64,000 nt of DNA from positions 3,844,001 to 3,908,000 of the forward strand of contig NC_134029.1 of NCBI RefSeq assembly GCF_964204645.1. The letters are read 5' to 3'. This DNA comes from Tubulanus polymorphus (Eukaryota > Animalia > Nemertea). A program made the position numbers and the translations under genes. The notes under the pieces were generated by a model, which saw only the letters and a program-made list of their open reading frames with translations, did no database searches and had not been told where the DNA came from. This document shows positions 28,501 through 43,500 of this stretch, piece after piece. Each line of letters starts with the position of its first letter. Position 1 is the first letter of the stretch.

Positions 28501-31500
28501 TTATGCCAACTACTTGAGGCGAATAGTTATTTCGTATACGGGAAAAAGTTGCGGCGGAACCTAAACAGACTCAAAGCATTGAGGTGTTTTGCCTGGCTAC
28601 ATGAGTTCAAAAGAACAGCAAAACGCCAAAAAGATGCATCATGATATTCAACCATGCCACGAATTGGAGAGGCATTTGTCAGTACCAGTAATGGACTCTG
28701 TGTCACGGGCAATATTCGTCGACTGAATATTTGCCTTCCTGCGGCCATTTTGAAGGCCATCCTCACTCTCCTGCTGTTTTATTTTTTTTTTGCGAACGGT
28801 GTAGTTTATCGCGGTACTCATTCGGTCGTAAAAGTAGCGTTTTGTGTCGTTAAATCTCGGTTAATTGCTGAACCTTTTTAATGATCGATTGTGGTCGTAT
28901 GAATGCGACTGTTATGAAAGGAAGCGCTGTCATTGATTTACGATTAGGTGTGTCGTCGATGATTTATTCCGCTATTGGTTACGAGACAATGTCTGTCGGT
29001 TCAACGCCGATAAACTATACTCTTCCTTTCCCTTGAAATCATTTTTTCTGGCATCCCTTAATTAATGAAGGGCGTAATGGAAATTGGGGTTTCCCTCCAC
29101 AGCCCATGACCCGGGACTGAGGGACCACTATCATTTGAATGTTGTAAAATGAACCCCGTGCTTGTATTACTTTTTGTGTACGCGTTCGTTTGACCATTAA
29201 CTCAGGGAAAAGATCATTCTCCTTCTTTGTTGACTTAAAACCTTCGCTACATAGCAGATGATTCTGAAGTCATGTCCAATGCCAATCACCCGCGTACATT
29301 CATCTTGCATCAACAAAGAAAACATTTCTATCGCAAAAAAAAACTTTCCCCGGGTTGCAGCCGACGGAAGAGTCAGATATTGCATTTTGCTGTCATTTGA
29401 AACGTTTCTCATGTGTGCCGTTTGTCGTGACCGGCTGCGATTATGGCCGCCCGAATGTTCCTCCGACATTTCACATCACAGCGGCGTATTAGTGTCGGTC
29501 GCGGTAGTCGTTGTAAGTGATTTATCGGAATCGAAACGATCGGCCCCGAACGCGCGCCGGTTACATTTCGTATAAATAATTGAGACGTCGGATGCAACGA
29601 AAGATCGTCTAATTTCGCTAATAATAGCCACAAGGCCACATGATGTATCCCGTACCACACTTGATCGACTTCTGTCACGGTCGCCGGCGTTATTGGTACT
29701 TTATAGCCCAGCTCGTAGGTGATTATCGGCGATAAGCCGTTTCTTCTGGCATGAAATCGTACCCGCGGGAAAATTTATCGTGACGGCCCGATTCGGTTGA
29801 TATTGTTTAGACATTCAACGGATGAAATATGCCGATCATAACTAGACAAGTACCGTTATATACCACTTACATCTGATTGAATTGTCATCGGTACATTTCG
29901 AAATTGGTTTCAGAATTCAAGAATTACTCCTAACTTGAATGTAATGAAGGATTAGATAAAATCTTAAAATCTGTTTTATTGAGGAATACAAATGAAGGCA
30001 AAATGGAATTAGATACTATTCGAAAAAAGAATCCCACGCAGTTTTGAAAAATGGACCGAGTCGAAACGTCACTGAAACGAATTGCATACAGTCTCTAGCT
30101 TGTCTCTAGGAACACATATTAATACTATTCATCACGAGATGATGACGTAATGTGGTTTGATAGACATAAAGCCACCTCTGGTGTTGAATTATTGACGAAT
30201 TGAGAAACGGTTTTTTGTTCCTAACGAAGCTTTGTTTTGCCCGTTGAAGTAGAAAATAGTTGATTACTGCGCAGTAAATGTGACAGATTGATTCGATTAA
30301 TGACGGAAATGGCTGGATATTACTGCACGGTCACCAGCACCCGAGTTGCGGATATCCGCAGTTTCTATTTGATTTGCTAAAATCTATCGTCTATACTCGT
30401 TCGGGTCATTCATCGCCTCGCAGTAATGGTACGTTGAAGTGGACGACGTCAGTTGCTTTGATTATGAATTTTAAAATATTTAAATTCCCGAGACGCCTAG
30501 TGTTAACGATGATTCTGAAATGTTAAGGCTAAAAAAATTGTTTCTCATTTCTGCTGAGCTTTGAAATTTACCCGGGCAAGCGCGTATCTGTAGATATAAA
30601 TCGTGACCCGGCAGCTAATAGAAATGAACAAATTACAAATTTGATCGTAGATTACAAATTGACCCGGCCGATTTTGAGTAACAAGGCATGGTTTATTTTT
30701 CGCTTTATTTTGGCCCAGTCTGTGTCCCGGGACTGAAAGTTGTGCTTCCTTGGTATTGATTGGCTTATTGGCTGTTGGCCAAAGGGCGGCACTAGATAAT
30801 CAAGCCGCACCGAAAATCTCTTTCATGTCTCCCGTCGCAAAAATGTTGACGAGCAACTTTGCATTCGCGCATCCTTCATTTTCTGAAATTTGGGATCATA
30901 TTCGCGATTTGAATCTCTGTTCCCGGCGGTGTTGCTGATCTGTTGGTCTTGTTAACTCTGATTGTGCTTTGTAATTGTATTGAATCCGGAGGCATAGATA
31001 GCGGGATCGAATTGTGGAAATATGCAATCAAAGAGACACATATCCCCACACGTAATGTTATTGTTTGTCGTGCGTCTATAGATCGTACATTCCATATTAA
31101 ACGAAGGATGTAAAATATCGCTGTAGCCTTGACGACAAGTAAGATGCTGGCGTCATTGTCGTGACATGTCAAAACATGTCACTTTGCTTTAAATCGGATT
31201 GAAGTTTTATGCATTCAGGGATGTTTTCTTATTTCAATCGTAACCTGCCCGCCATAACCGTCCTAACCTTGAAGCCAGATTTGTTTTGCCTTCAGTGAGA
31301 AAGCGGGATACAACCTCCTGCCTTCGATAAACTATTCATCTTCAAGCTGCTTCTGGATGAAAGAGTGACTGCTGACATCTTTACGCCTCATTGATGGAAG
31401 CTCATTCCTGATATGCCCTTAGCAAGCAATTTCTCTTTTGAGAAGGTTTCTTGCCATTGTCTTTGCCGTATTTTAGTTTTCCAAAAGATTTACTCTTCAG

Positions 31501-34500
31501 CTTGCCAGGTATCTGTTATGTACCCAGTAACATCTATCAACACTAATCATTATTATGAGGGCGTAATGGAGCTAGGAGCCAAACTAGAGCGACTTGATCT
31601 GATCTCGTTGGTGCGACGGCAGTCATTCCATCTTAAGAGACAAACTCACTCAGCGCTGACACAATCGGAACTCCGGTCTCCATCAATTTCGTTGCAGAAA
31701 ACTGTTGTTCCGATCGCAGACAGATGATAGATAATAGCATCGCGTAAAACATTTACTGGAATAAAAAACCACCGTGTCCGTTCAACGGGTTCAGCTAGAC
31801 GGAGAAAAAAGTTTTGAAAGTTTAGTGAACTTTCCAAACATTGGAGATAGTTTGTATAACGCGTTTGGTTACATTACCCTGACTCTATATTCCAGCGGAA
31901 ATTTCCTCGTTCTGTGCGTCGTCGATAGTTGGAAATAACTGAAGGTGAAATTGAATTAGCCACACGTGACACTAGGATTGATCCAATCAGCGTAATAGCG
32001 TCAACCAACCTTAAGGCGAATATGTTACACGGATCGAAATCGTAGCTTAAATTCAAGGTTGTTTATAAGCTTGTTTTAGCGAAAAATTAAGTACCTGGAC
32101 TTGTTAAATTGTGGCGTTTTTGACAACAGAGCCGATGGCAATGTTATGCGAAGGCCGGTTAGCTCAGTTGGTTAGAGCGTCGTGCTAATAACGCGAATGT
32201 CATGGGTTCGAGCCCCATACTGGCCATTGTGGTGCAACTTTTATAAACGACAAAATTAATCTTTTTGCTATGGACCTAAACACTTTTCATTTGTGTCTTT
32301 CTGGCCGTATCAAATAAGTTCTAGGCTACAAAAGCAAGGCTACTGTAGTTTCTAAATATTGTTGACAAAGATTTGATGACGATGTTGTGGTTCGTTTCCC
32401 GTGTCGGTTATGCCATGCACTCTAGACGAAGAGAACGTTTTAAAGTCCATGGTTACACGCTGAACGATTACTGACGTCCGACTGACAAAGTATAAGTACC
32501 GTGAAAACAGAGCTGTCGACAAGGCAAACATCATATATAGAGGCTGTTTATCTTACAGATATTACCGAGTACCAATTTCTCCAGCTGCTGTCCAATATCT
32601 GGCGCAGGTGCTGGTTCATTCGATCCTAGGATTATATTGATGCTGATTGAAATATACCGTCTGGTTATATTTCAGTCAGTTTGATACCGTATTTATTCTG
32701 GCAAACTGATATCGTAGGTTATTACCGATGTAATGATTACCATACTATTAGATGAACGACATATTCGGTGATTTTCCTGAGCTTTACTAAGACAGTCATT
32801 TCGGTTTCATAGGTTTCTTATAAAACAGTTTATGGTAGTTCTATTAGTAAAGAGTTGTATAGTGTTCATATAACCTGGTGTCAAATGAAAACAAATAATA
32901 CTTAGTTCCCTAGTTTTGACTGCTAAGTTCTTCGCGTGAACCCAAATCTCAAATTGGTCATTTTTCTAGTCCGGTTTTTTTTTCAATATCCTGGATTTAG
33001 ACGTCACGTTAAGCCGCAATACGCGTTTTCCGGTTGACATTCAGGTGTGGTAAACATTGATATAAACGTTGACATTATAAATTGATTCCTGGAAATTCTG
33101 TGTCGACATAGAACCAGGAGGAAGGCCTGTCGTGGGACCTTTGGAAATGTCATCATCGGGATACTATCGCGCAAAGTGACTACGAAGAACGCACCTGTAC
33201 GAACAGCACTCCGAAACCACAATATATATAAATTTAGCCAACATATTTAAATTCTTATTTGATTTGTTAGTTTGAATATGTTTTCAATTTATCGATTTGG
33301 TGATCTTCTTTTAACGAATGTAAAATATATCTCGTTAGAAACGTCAACAGATTGTTCTTGAATATTGTGGCTGTTTTGCATACGCCTCAATCATACATCG
33401 CGACGACAAGTCTCAATTGATTTCAATCGTTATAGTTAAATCATCTGTGACTACGACTTCAATTTTACACTTCTATGAAACAGAGTTGAGATGAGATTTT
33501 GTGGTAGCGACGGAGGTGGTTTATACTTCATTAGTTATTTTCCTATCCCGTGATTAATGCGTCGCCATTTTGTGTGTTGTTACATGATTTTGCTAAGACC
33601 CGTCTCGACATGTGTCGATAAATGAGGAAACGGCTCGACTAATGAGCATCCGGGTAAGATATTGGTAATGCGCTTATACCACAGACGAGAGGTCCTCTCG
33701 ATTTTTAGATAAACACCTTCGACGTGGCATTTAAGAAATTCATTTACGCTGCTATTGAAAAAATAAGCTACTCTAGAATAGTGGCTGTTCGTCTGACGAA
33801 CTCTAATATAGATGAAAGTAGTTATTGTCGCTTGACAGGGCTGTGTCTGCATGGACTTGAGTGCTGATTGGCCGCCGTATCTTTTTTTCCGCTATGAGCT
33901 TCGAATTTGTCGCGTTCAATTCAACAAGAACTATTTTCATTTTCGATGTATCAGAAATTTTCTCGCTCTCGTCCGGATAGAATACGGGCAAGTGTCGTTT
34001 TACGAACCATTAGAACGTGATGAGTCAAGGTCAACCGCATTGCATTTTGATCACGTGTAAGTATGCCACGTGATGCCGTTCACGTTCGAAAGGGTCTAAT
34101 GATATAAACCGATGCTAATCGCTGTAAACAATGACCATTTCGTATGGAACTGACACCGCAGGCTGATGGATATCCATTCTTTAATTGAATGGACGTCGTA
34201 ATTCTCTGTGAATTACTAACTATAGACTTCTAGTGAGATGCCCTCAATACCATCTAACCAGTCGGCCATTGAAATATAAACCTTACGCAAATTACAAATA
34301 TCTTGAATCTAGATGTAAGATTTTTGTCTTGACTATGTAGTATCTTTTGATTTAAGCCCATTTTTGAACGTGTGTCACCACTATGCGTAACCGGAGCTTA
34401 ATGTTTCAGCTTAGTATTCGGAATCAAGCTGCCGTGGTCAACAGTGCGTCACAGAGTTTGACCTCTGGAGGGGTATTCAGCTAATTCTGTGAATTGGCGG

Positions 34501-37500
34501 ATATTTAGATGTTCCGTGAATGGCGAACACATCGATAACCTGGGTGTTAGTTGTCTGACTCTCCTATGACCTGTCAGTAAACTCTCCCATCTCTTACGTT
34601 GTCAAAGGAACGCGAATTTAGCACTTGTTCGTAGTAATTGAAAATGTGAAGTTGGGTTCACATGCTATCGACGTTCAGTGGAAGGAAGGGACTGGCCAAA
34701 TGAAGCACTGGGTTATTTATCGACTAGCAGTTACATGGGTGAAAAACTGGGATTCGACCCCGATTAGTATGACGTCAACGGCGTTATATATGTTAGATTT
34801 AGTAAGTTCACTAGGGGTCGTAAGGTAATTCGTCGCGAATGAGGACACTGAATGTCAAATCCGCGACAAAAATCGTCGAAAAATAAAGGAATTTACTCAG
34901 AACTCTGAATTTTCGGTTTTTCACTAAAAACCAATTTTAAGGAATGCCTATTACGAGATACGATGTTAATATGACGCATATAGCTATTGTACGCATAACT
35001 GCATAGGTGACAAGTGAGGCTTTACTGAGCAGAACTGTGAAGTTTGTGGCTCATAATTACGAAAAAGAAGAAAAAAAAACTGCCTCGGCGATACGACGTC
35101 GGGTAAACACTGTTGGTTGGAAGGAAAACTCAAGTCGTTGTGCGTGTTCGCGGTTCATGGATTCTTTGATTTACCCACACGTTTTATCGAATTAAGCGCG
35201 CGTATTTTTTCTGATTCGGTCTGTGTCGTCTTTCAGCGGCGGTTATAACTTATCAGCACTCGGTGACAGTGACAAGCAGCCGTATATCGTGCGGTTTCAC
35301 GAGGCTTCGCGTTGAGCTGTTGACATTTAGCGCATAACGCCACCCAACCCCTCCCCCTAATGAGTGGGATGAATTCTACTATTTCTTTGCGATCGTTGAT
35401 TATCCATCGATGTAATGAAGTTATACAGTCATAATTTGAAAATTCGCCTTCAGTCGATGAGACAAATGCGCCGATATAGCCAAAACTAAGCCCTACGCCA
35501 TGAAAAACAAAATTGCACTGCGCGACTTATCGGCTCTGAAAAATGTCGTACGCGGAGTTACATTTGGTATTAAAAATCACACAATTTCTGTGGTAAATTG
35601 GATCGGTTATTTACTTTGTATCTGTAGGTGGTCAAATCTTATTTTAGCGATCAAACGGACTCGGGAATTCAGTATGGCGTTTGAACCGGTGGCATTCGCA
35701 TCAAAACCGCAGTGCTCCGCATTCCACTCGCACCGATCATTTCCCGAAAAAAATTTGTAAATCAGTGACGAGTGTTAGATCGGTCCATTTTGTCGTCACG
35801 AATTGACACGCGATCGAGAAGACATTTCACGTCGGTTCAATTTATTAAAATCACATCCATCAAAAAGAGACGTCAACCGGAAAATCAGAGATTCGGGGAT
35901 TCACTTCATAACTACGACTGCGACTACGATTTGAGAGTAGTTTATACTCTCTTTATGAGCTCTTCCCAAGAATATCAAAATACTCTCAGAGAATCAGAAT
36001 AACTGCTAGTTTATTTTGAAATCTGGTAATCTGGTGTTCAAATCGCTGCCTTTGGATGCGCCCTCGATACATTCCCGGCGGTATTAAAAAATCGGGTCTC
36101 AAGGTCGTAATGTGGCCGTGAATGTTTAAAAAAAAACCTAGAAATCTGTTGTTGGTCGCAGTCTGTGGCAAACTTTAGTTCCACGCTAGTATTGTGTCTA
36201 GTATAGGACTATCATTCATCGCGCTTTGAGACAGGTGCAAATTCAATTACGCGTCTCATATGAATTTATCGCAAAACATATATTCATTTTTTGAAGCGCT
36301 TCTCGTTATATGTGTCATCAGTATCGTCCACATATTACTCGTACACATTGTGCTTTATTTGAGAAGTCGTTTGTCTTGTCTCGTAACTGACGGTGTATTT
36401 TTTACTGATATCGAGAGATTCGATTTGCTAGTCGACTTCAATGCTAGACTGATGAATAACCAAACGCGAGACAGTCCGCTGGTTCTTTTTAGTGGGGTAT
36501 CACTCACAACATCAATGGACACTCCTTCATACATGAGCTGTGTTCATACTACGCGATTTAGAACATTTTAGATTTAGTCCATACCAATTAAGACTGACCA
36601 AAAAGACCGATCCGTACTAAGCTTCAGAACGAACCATTTCTATGTGTGTGAATAGAAACCCTGCTTTGCTTGCTAGTCTTAAGTCAAGCTGGAGCAGCGA
36701 TAACAGAAACGTGTGGGAACAAACGGGGTTGATTTGGTCCATTTTAAAATGGTCCGTTCCGGGTAGATAAGAATTAACAATAGTCAGTCTTCACATAAGA
36801 AGGATTTCGTATTTTATATACATACTTGATACTGATAGCAGGTGAATACTGATTGTTTGTTAATACCCTTTTACAGAGATTTTTTTCACGCTATTCGGTT
36901 CCAGTTTTGACAATCATTCGCTGTTTAATTTTTCAGAAATTAGATTATCTCCCGCAGATTCAACGGCGGCCAACATTCTCAAGCGATATTAATCGATGTA
37001 TTCACACCGACGCCCACACGATTTACAAATTGTGTTATTCAATATTCTCTTCTTCCCAGTGCGCGGAACTTACTGTTATTATTTTCTGCATGCGTCAATC
37101 AATGATTCAATGCAGATTTCTCAGCCAACCCGTGATTCCTTTTTTTCGTGTCGACGAGCAACTCGGATACTCTTTTAATCAATTTCGGTTTTACTCGAAT
37201 CCACCGCGCGCACTCGATTCCATCCACTCGAGTCTACACTTTATTTCTGCAGATACATCTGGAGGGGATGATAATCTGGATAATGATCTGAAAGTATATG
37301 CCACCTGAACTCCACACCTTACGATGCTCATTATTTTAATGTATGTTCGTCAAACAGTTTTCCCCTCTTTGACTTTGACTAACGACCGATCTTCTTCGTG
37401 ACCTATAATTCTAGACCTTGAAAATATCGACGAGTGTGAATAGATACTTTTTCAACTTCGAAGTTTATGATACGCTTCCATCGCCATTAAACTATCGCTG

Positions 37501-40500
37501 ATAGAATTTCTTTCATAGTTATAAAATAAAAACACGCGTGAGCACGTGAAACTATTGCTGTCTTTTCACCGTTTATAAACACAGCAGTAGTGCTCCGTCT
37601 GCGGAGGAGAGGCTCGACAACGCAATTAGTCTGCTACGGTTTTCTTTTTTCGAATAAGTTCTGATTGAATGTTTTTCTTCTATGCGCTGCGAAGGTGACT
37701 TTTCTCATCACTTCTTCGGAACTAGTTCTACACGAATTACGCCATCCTGTCAACAGGACGTGCTCCATCCTCTAGTGATCCATAAGACCTTGGCTTCTGT
37801 TGTCTTATTTTCAAGATAGAAATTGGGTTGCTTTGTATTGACGATAGGCTCCAACAATAATCTACCCCGCAACGTTGCTTATATTCATCCTTCTCGTTCA
37901 ATAGAAAGACTGGTAAAATACGTGTGGAACGCTTCCTGTGTTAACGTGACACTAGCTAAATCTCACAAACCATCCATTATGTCCGTGTGAACCATTTGAT
38001 TGAACCACGGACTGAGTCCGCGATTTAACCGGAAAAGCTACCACTTCATCATTTCAGCGTTGCTATGGTGTTAGATATGCCTGCGAAAAAAGTAGGGTCC
38101 AAAGGGTCCAAATAGGTTAACTGACAGAGATGATTTGAAATACCATTGAAGTTACCATTGGAAATACCATACGTTTCAACCATAGGAGCTCTTGAACTGC
38201 ACCGGGTTCATAGAGACTGCCATTTCTGACAGATGATGGTCGAACGCGGCCTTTACGGGTCTCATCGTATCAGCCTCGCGTTCCTGACCTCTTTCGCAGG
38301 TCCAAACTTGACTAATTGCCAAACGATGTTAGCTCATGCGCAAAAGTCTGATATCCATTTGTAAGGATTGAGGTCCTCGGCTTTTATTAATGAGTGTTAT
38401 TACCGGTCTGATGGCTAGTATATGGCATGAGATGAATGCTCATTGCGTATCAACTATACGATGAGGAGATGGCTACGTATATTTTCATCGTGTTCATCCA
38501 AAATATTCATGTGTCCTTTATTACAGGGAGTTCCTACCGTACGTAGTAAATCTAATAATTCTGACGTATGTTTTCACGGAAAAGTGGCATTTTAAGAAAC
38601 TAGTCAGCCATTAAGCGCAACAGAAGGCAAAATCTCTAAAATGTCACATGTACAAAGACTCGCTGGTATCGAATGAAATATTTACATCGCACAAAACGCG
38701 CGCGAATTTAACAATATTGACGTATGAATATTCAGAAGCTGCGAGTAATGAAGTGGTTTCGATTGTTTTCTTTTCATACCTCGTTGAAATTTCTCTCGAG
38801 AAATATTCTAATGATTGTGTCGCCGGTGAATCGGCTTTTTTCCGCGATAAGAGCGGAGAATTAGCGGATGGTTTGGAATAAGGGAAGAAAACAGCGCGTC
38901 GGCGGCGGGTAATTCTCATCGAAGAGCTGTTCAAATTGCCGTAAAATAACGTCTGACTGGATACAAGAATGATAGGAAATCTCGTGGGGCGGTAAACAAA
39001 TGAGAACTACGGCTCTGCTTTTGGTTTGCGAGCAAATTGCATTCTGAACGCAGAACGAAAGAGAGAGCGAGAGAGTGAGTTGATACGGAGAGCGGGAAAG
39101 AGCCTCGGGTATGTTGTCGTATGCCATATCGTCAGATAAGTGAAAATATGTCTTTATGATTCGTTCGCTTCTCTTGGCTCAGATAATCACGATAATTTTG
39201 TTAGCTTTTAGTATCGCGATCTGTCCAGGACTCTTAGAATACAATTAGAACTAATAGGTTGTCACGGGGTAGGTTTTTTATCCTGAAGCCACTGAGCGGG
39301 TCCGGTGTTCTTTTCTTCAAAAATAAAGGCCAGGGAGAAGTTTCTGCCTTAGACGAAGAAACCTCCAGGATTTAGACCCACGAACTCACGAATGACGAAA
39401 CCCGTGTCGATGAGGTACCAGTTTAATTCGCAATGAATTCATAAACAGTACTGACCTCTAATAATCTATGAATTGAGGAATGTCGATATATAGACGTGGA
39501 CGTTGCAATAAATATTATTTGTGTCAACATTTTTCTATCGTTTTTTTGCGCTCATGAATGTTTTGTTTCATTGAAATACAAACTGTACCGTGGGCATTAA
39601 TCAATGAACTGATGAAATTATGAAAGCTTTTCCAGTAGCAGATGTTTTCAGACGTGAATAATGATTGTCATGTAGTATATAGATTTTACGTACAAACGCG
39701 TGTTTGTTTTTATATAAGGTTCATACGTGATGATTCTCCAAATGCATCTATAAGTCTTTAATTTTAAAGCCAATCTAACAACTTAACTCCAGTCTTAAGA
39801 TTTTAAGACCACTTTTGGGTTTAAGTCACGTCTTAGCAACTTGGCCCAGGGCACTATTCTTCAGTTTTACCCTAGTCGCGCTAAGATTATCCCCAAATTG
39901 CATTTCATACGTACTAAAACTGTGGAACTGACTTCCCAGTAATTCTAATCAAGAAACTAAAAAACTGTCTTCGTTTTAAGAAATTGACGCGTAAAGTAAT
40001 AGTGGCGCAAACAGAAAATCATAATCAGAAACTTGCGTAACTAAAAAGACACACGTTAGTAAGATTAGTGTAGAAAGCTGTAAAGAGCAGTTTAGCCTAT
40101 ACGCATCGTTTATTTGCTCACTATTGAAGTCGGATTTCATCGTTAAAGATTTTCTGTCATCGAGGTGCATCTCTATTTGTGGACGTAAAAATCGATTTTC
40201 AGAAATAAATCGAATATTTTTTGCAATGGAAATATTTTCATATCGTAAAAAACTCTTGGAAATAGCCGCGAATTGCAGATTTATCTACAAATATGATATT
40301 ATTCCATCGCTGCAGGGAATAGGATAAACCTGATTAGTGTTATCCTTACCTGTTGCCGCTACAGTACGGCTTGACGATATCTCCGGTTCTCGCTGAGGTA
40401 TAAATCCCAGTTGTCGGTTTGTGCAGTCACATCGAGTGATGGCGTTGTTGTCAACATTGCCGCAAACTGACGATTGCATTTATAGCCGTACGTACTACAA

Positions 40501-43500
40501 GACGCATCTATCTGCTGCTGCCTCAATAATCTTCGCTATTGAAGGACTCGAACCCAACACTGTGATATTCAAATATTCGTGACAGTCTTTGGCTGTCTGT
40601 CCCGTTGATTGAACGAAACCTTGGAGTAATCATTTGACGAATACGGGCGGCATTGTGCGCTTAAGGACTGTGGGTTAATTACATTGATCACTAAAGAATC
40701 ACCGAGAACACGAAGCCTACCCTACTCAAACAGTGACCTATTCGAAGTTTTTTTAATAATCTATGATTGCTTTACAAACAAACATTACGCTCAAATTTCG
40801 GTAAATGTCAAACTTGTACTGTGTCTCTTGGTTTTTTTCAAACTGTAGATAATCTAGTTACCGACGCCAGGTACCTGGGCATATACCTGTAACTTTTCTT
40901 TCACTGTTTGACGTCATGCGTCAAAAATGAGCTTTTTGTTGGCGCGATGAAAGGTTTAAAAAGGCAACTGCTGTAATAAAAGGCTCTTTCTCGACGCGAC
41001 AAGAAGAGAAACCCAGCCTAAACATAATTATCATCTTCCAGCGATATGATGAAGTGTATCTCATTATCTGGAATTGTGCCAATTCAGTATTAGACTGGCT
41101 AATACGGTCATATTGGTATAAGGTATCAGCCCACTAGTGAAAGATTTATGAAGTACCATTTCAATCAGTATTTCCAATCTGCCGAACGTCTAAAAGGTTT
41201 ATGTTAGAAATTTGAGAATAGCTTTCAGTTTTGTTTTTGATTAAACGCGGTTTCTAAAATCATATTTCTTATTAAATTCATAGACGTCTCGTGCGTGTGG
41301 ATATGCTTTAAAAGGCTGCTATGTTAAAATGCACCATTTTACTCGATGACAATGTTAACCATTTTTACTGGATTTACCTATTTTCCGATAGACAGCTGTA
41401 AAAGAATATCGACTAAGATATCCAATCACATTTGTCTGCGATGTTCCCTGGTTTTTACACCAAAGGTTGTGTGATACGCATCTGGTTACGATGATGTGAA
41501 ATATCGACAGGTTGGCGCGGATTCGATGAGAAGGGTCGCGTGCTCAGATGGATTGCTCTCACGATCAGCCACGTGTACTGTTTCTTTTTGCTGATATCAT
41601 TAGTCGCGTCCACGCTACGTTTGTTTTTAGAAAAGTCCGAACGTTCAGACTAGCTGAAATTCTGTTCTGATTGGCCCATTTCAATTTAGAGCAGCCAATT
41701 TCAGACCGACTAAAATGACCGATCCTGGTCCAAAATGAAGAACGGACCATTTCTCTGTGAAAGAATAGAATGACTGTGAACCACCAGTAATAACAGCTGA
41801 TTTCGGATCGTGTGTGAACGCGTAGCATTGATTTAAAATCGGTCCATTACGGGTAGGGCCAAATTTAATTACAACAGACTAACTACCAAAGGCGTGAACG
41901 CGGCTAATGGATCCTTTCAACCTCGGGGGTTCAATTATATTTTAACACCCATCCCCTGAGGATGGGCTAGTGAGGATTGGCTAGTGAGGACGGGCTATAG
42001 TCGCAAATTCAACCTGATGATGATATTTACGAGTTAGTGTCGTGCTAATTACCGCAATGTTTTGTCATCTCGTAGATGTGTCGTCGTTTCGGGGAAATCG
42101 TGGGCCGTCTGCAACCCACTACCGCTACCCGTAATGTAGTGTCAAATCGGTGTTGTTGTATTAATCAAGGCTGACATGTTTCACATTACATCCATCCGTA
42201 CACCCGCAAAACCGATCCCAAAACGCCGTCAACAGGTGTGTGATTCAGCCCCGATAGTAAGTGCTGTTAATCATTAACGACTCCTCGATGATCGACAGAA
42301 CGTGACGATCGAAAATTGGTGGCAATGCGCCGTGGTTTTTCAGCTAATTTCTTCATCATCTTCCGGAATTTCATTCGCCTTTTGTTCAACTTGTTTTATC
42401 AAGTCTTCACAAAATTTCTTCATCTTTAGTCTTTAAAAACTCGTCAAACTTAGAAAAAGGAAAATATTCTGTTCTTGAAAAAAACCATTTCTATTCATCA
42501 TATCATTTCCTACATTAGATAATGAAGGAAGTAATTATGTTCTTTCGAGTAATCATGTGATGTTTGTATTTTATAGATTGTTGGTAGCTTGAGTGTTTTG
42601 GCCAGGTCCAGCGCCTGTTTGGCAATCGTCATACTGACGCCCATCCTGGTCACTATGGATACGGACCTGATATGCAAAGCGTTGTCGTTAATGACGTCAG
42701 GACTGCCGGGCCGCCAGGACAGCGATCTAGTCCCGCCTACACTGCAGTTCCATCATGGCCTAGGTCTAGGAATGTTTCTGGGAAGACTGGCTGAAGAACA
42801 TTTCGAAGATGTTAGCGGGACCAAGGTAAGTTCGCAGCTGAATATCCCAGTGGACCGTCCACGATATTTCATTTTCGGGACACATTATTTGTCGTGAAGT
42901 ATCGTTTGTTTGTTTTTTTTTTGTTATTGTAAATCGGTTTGTTTTGGTTTTTTGAAATTAGCTTTTTTCGTGAAAGCTATGGCAACTTTCCCAAATACTA
43001 TGCAAATACCAATGACGCTTTCACCCAAAATATTTCCATTCTCGCTAATTCCATTACATTGAGACCTGCGTCACAGGAATTGCGACACGAATTTGTCTAA
43101 TCTTCACCTGATTTGCCATACGCGTCCCTGAAAAACTTCCTTAATCATTTGCGGGATTCGTAAGTTGACAGTTTTCGATCGCTAATTACGGTGCATAATT
43201 CTTCCGGAAGATGTAGCCTTGATGAGATCGTGCGATAAAAAAAAATCGACCGTGACAGCCGGGAAATAATGGCTTTGCGCGAGATGACTTTTTAATCGAG
43301 TTGGGTAAAAGTTTAACACGATTGTTATTGATAGGGATTGGTGACGACGTGGAAAGCTATCGAGGAACTCGAGGCTGTGTGTTTCACTGAGGCGGCAAAC
43401 AATCGATGTGGCTCGCTGCTCGGGTTGGGATGGACGCTCAGCGCGCTGTGCTGCACCGGCAAAATGGACAACAAAGTACACGCCACGGCAACTTTAGACA

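Noticed and set aside
42340-42423. 27-aa acidic ORF MKKFCEDLIKQVEQKANEIPEDDEEIS on the - strand
   Set aside because: Too short, no linked exons found, no recognisable homology.
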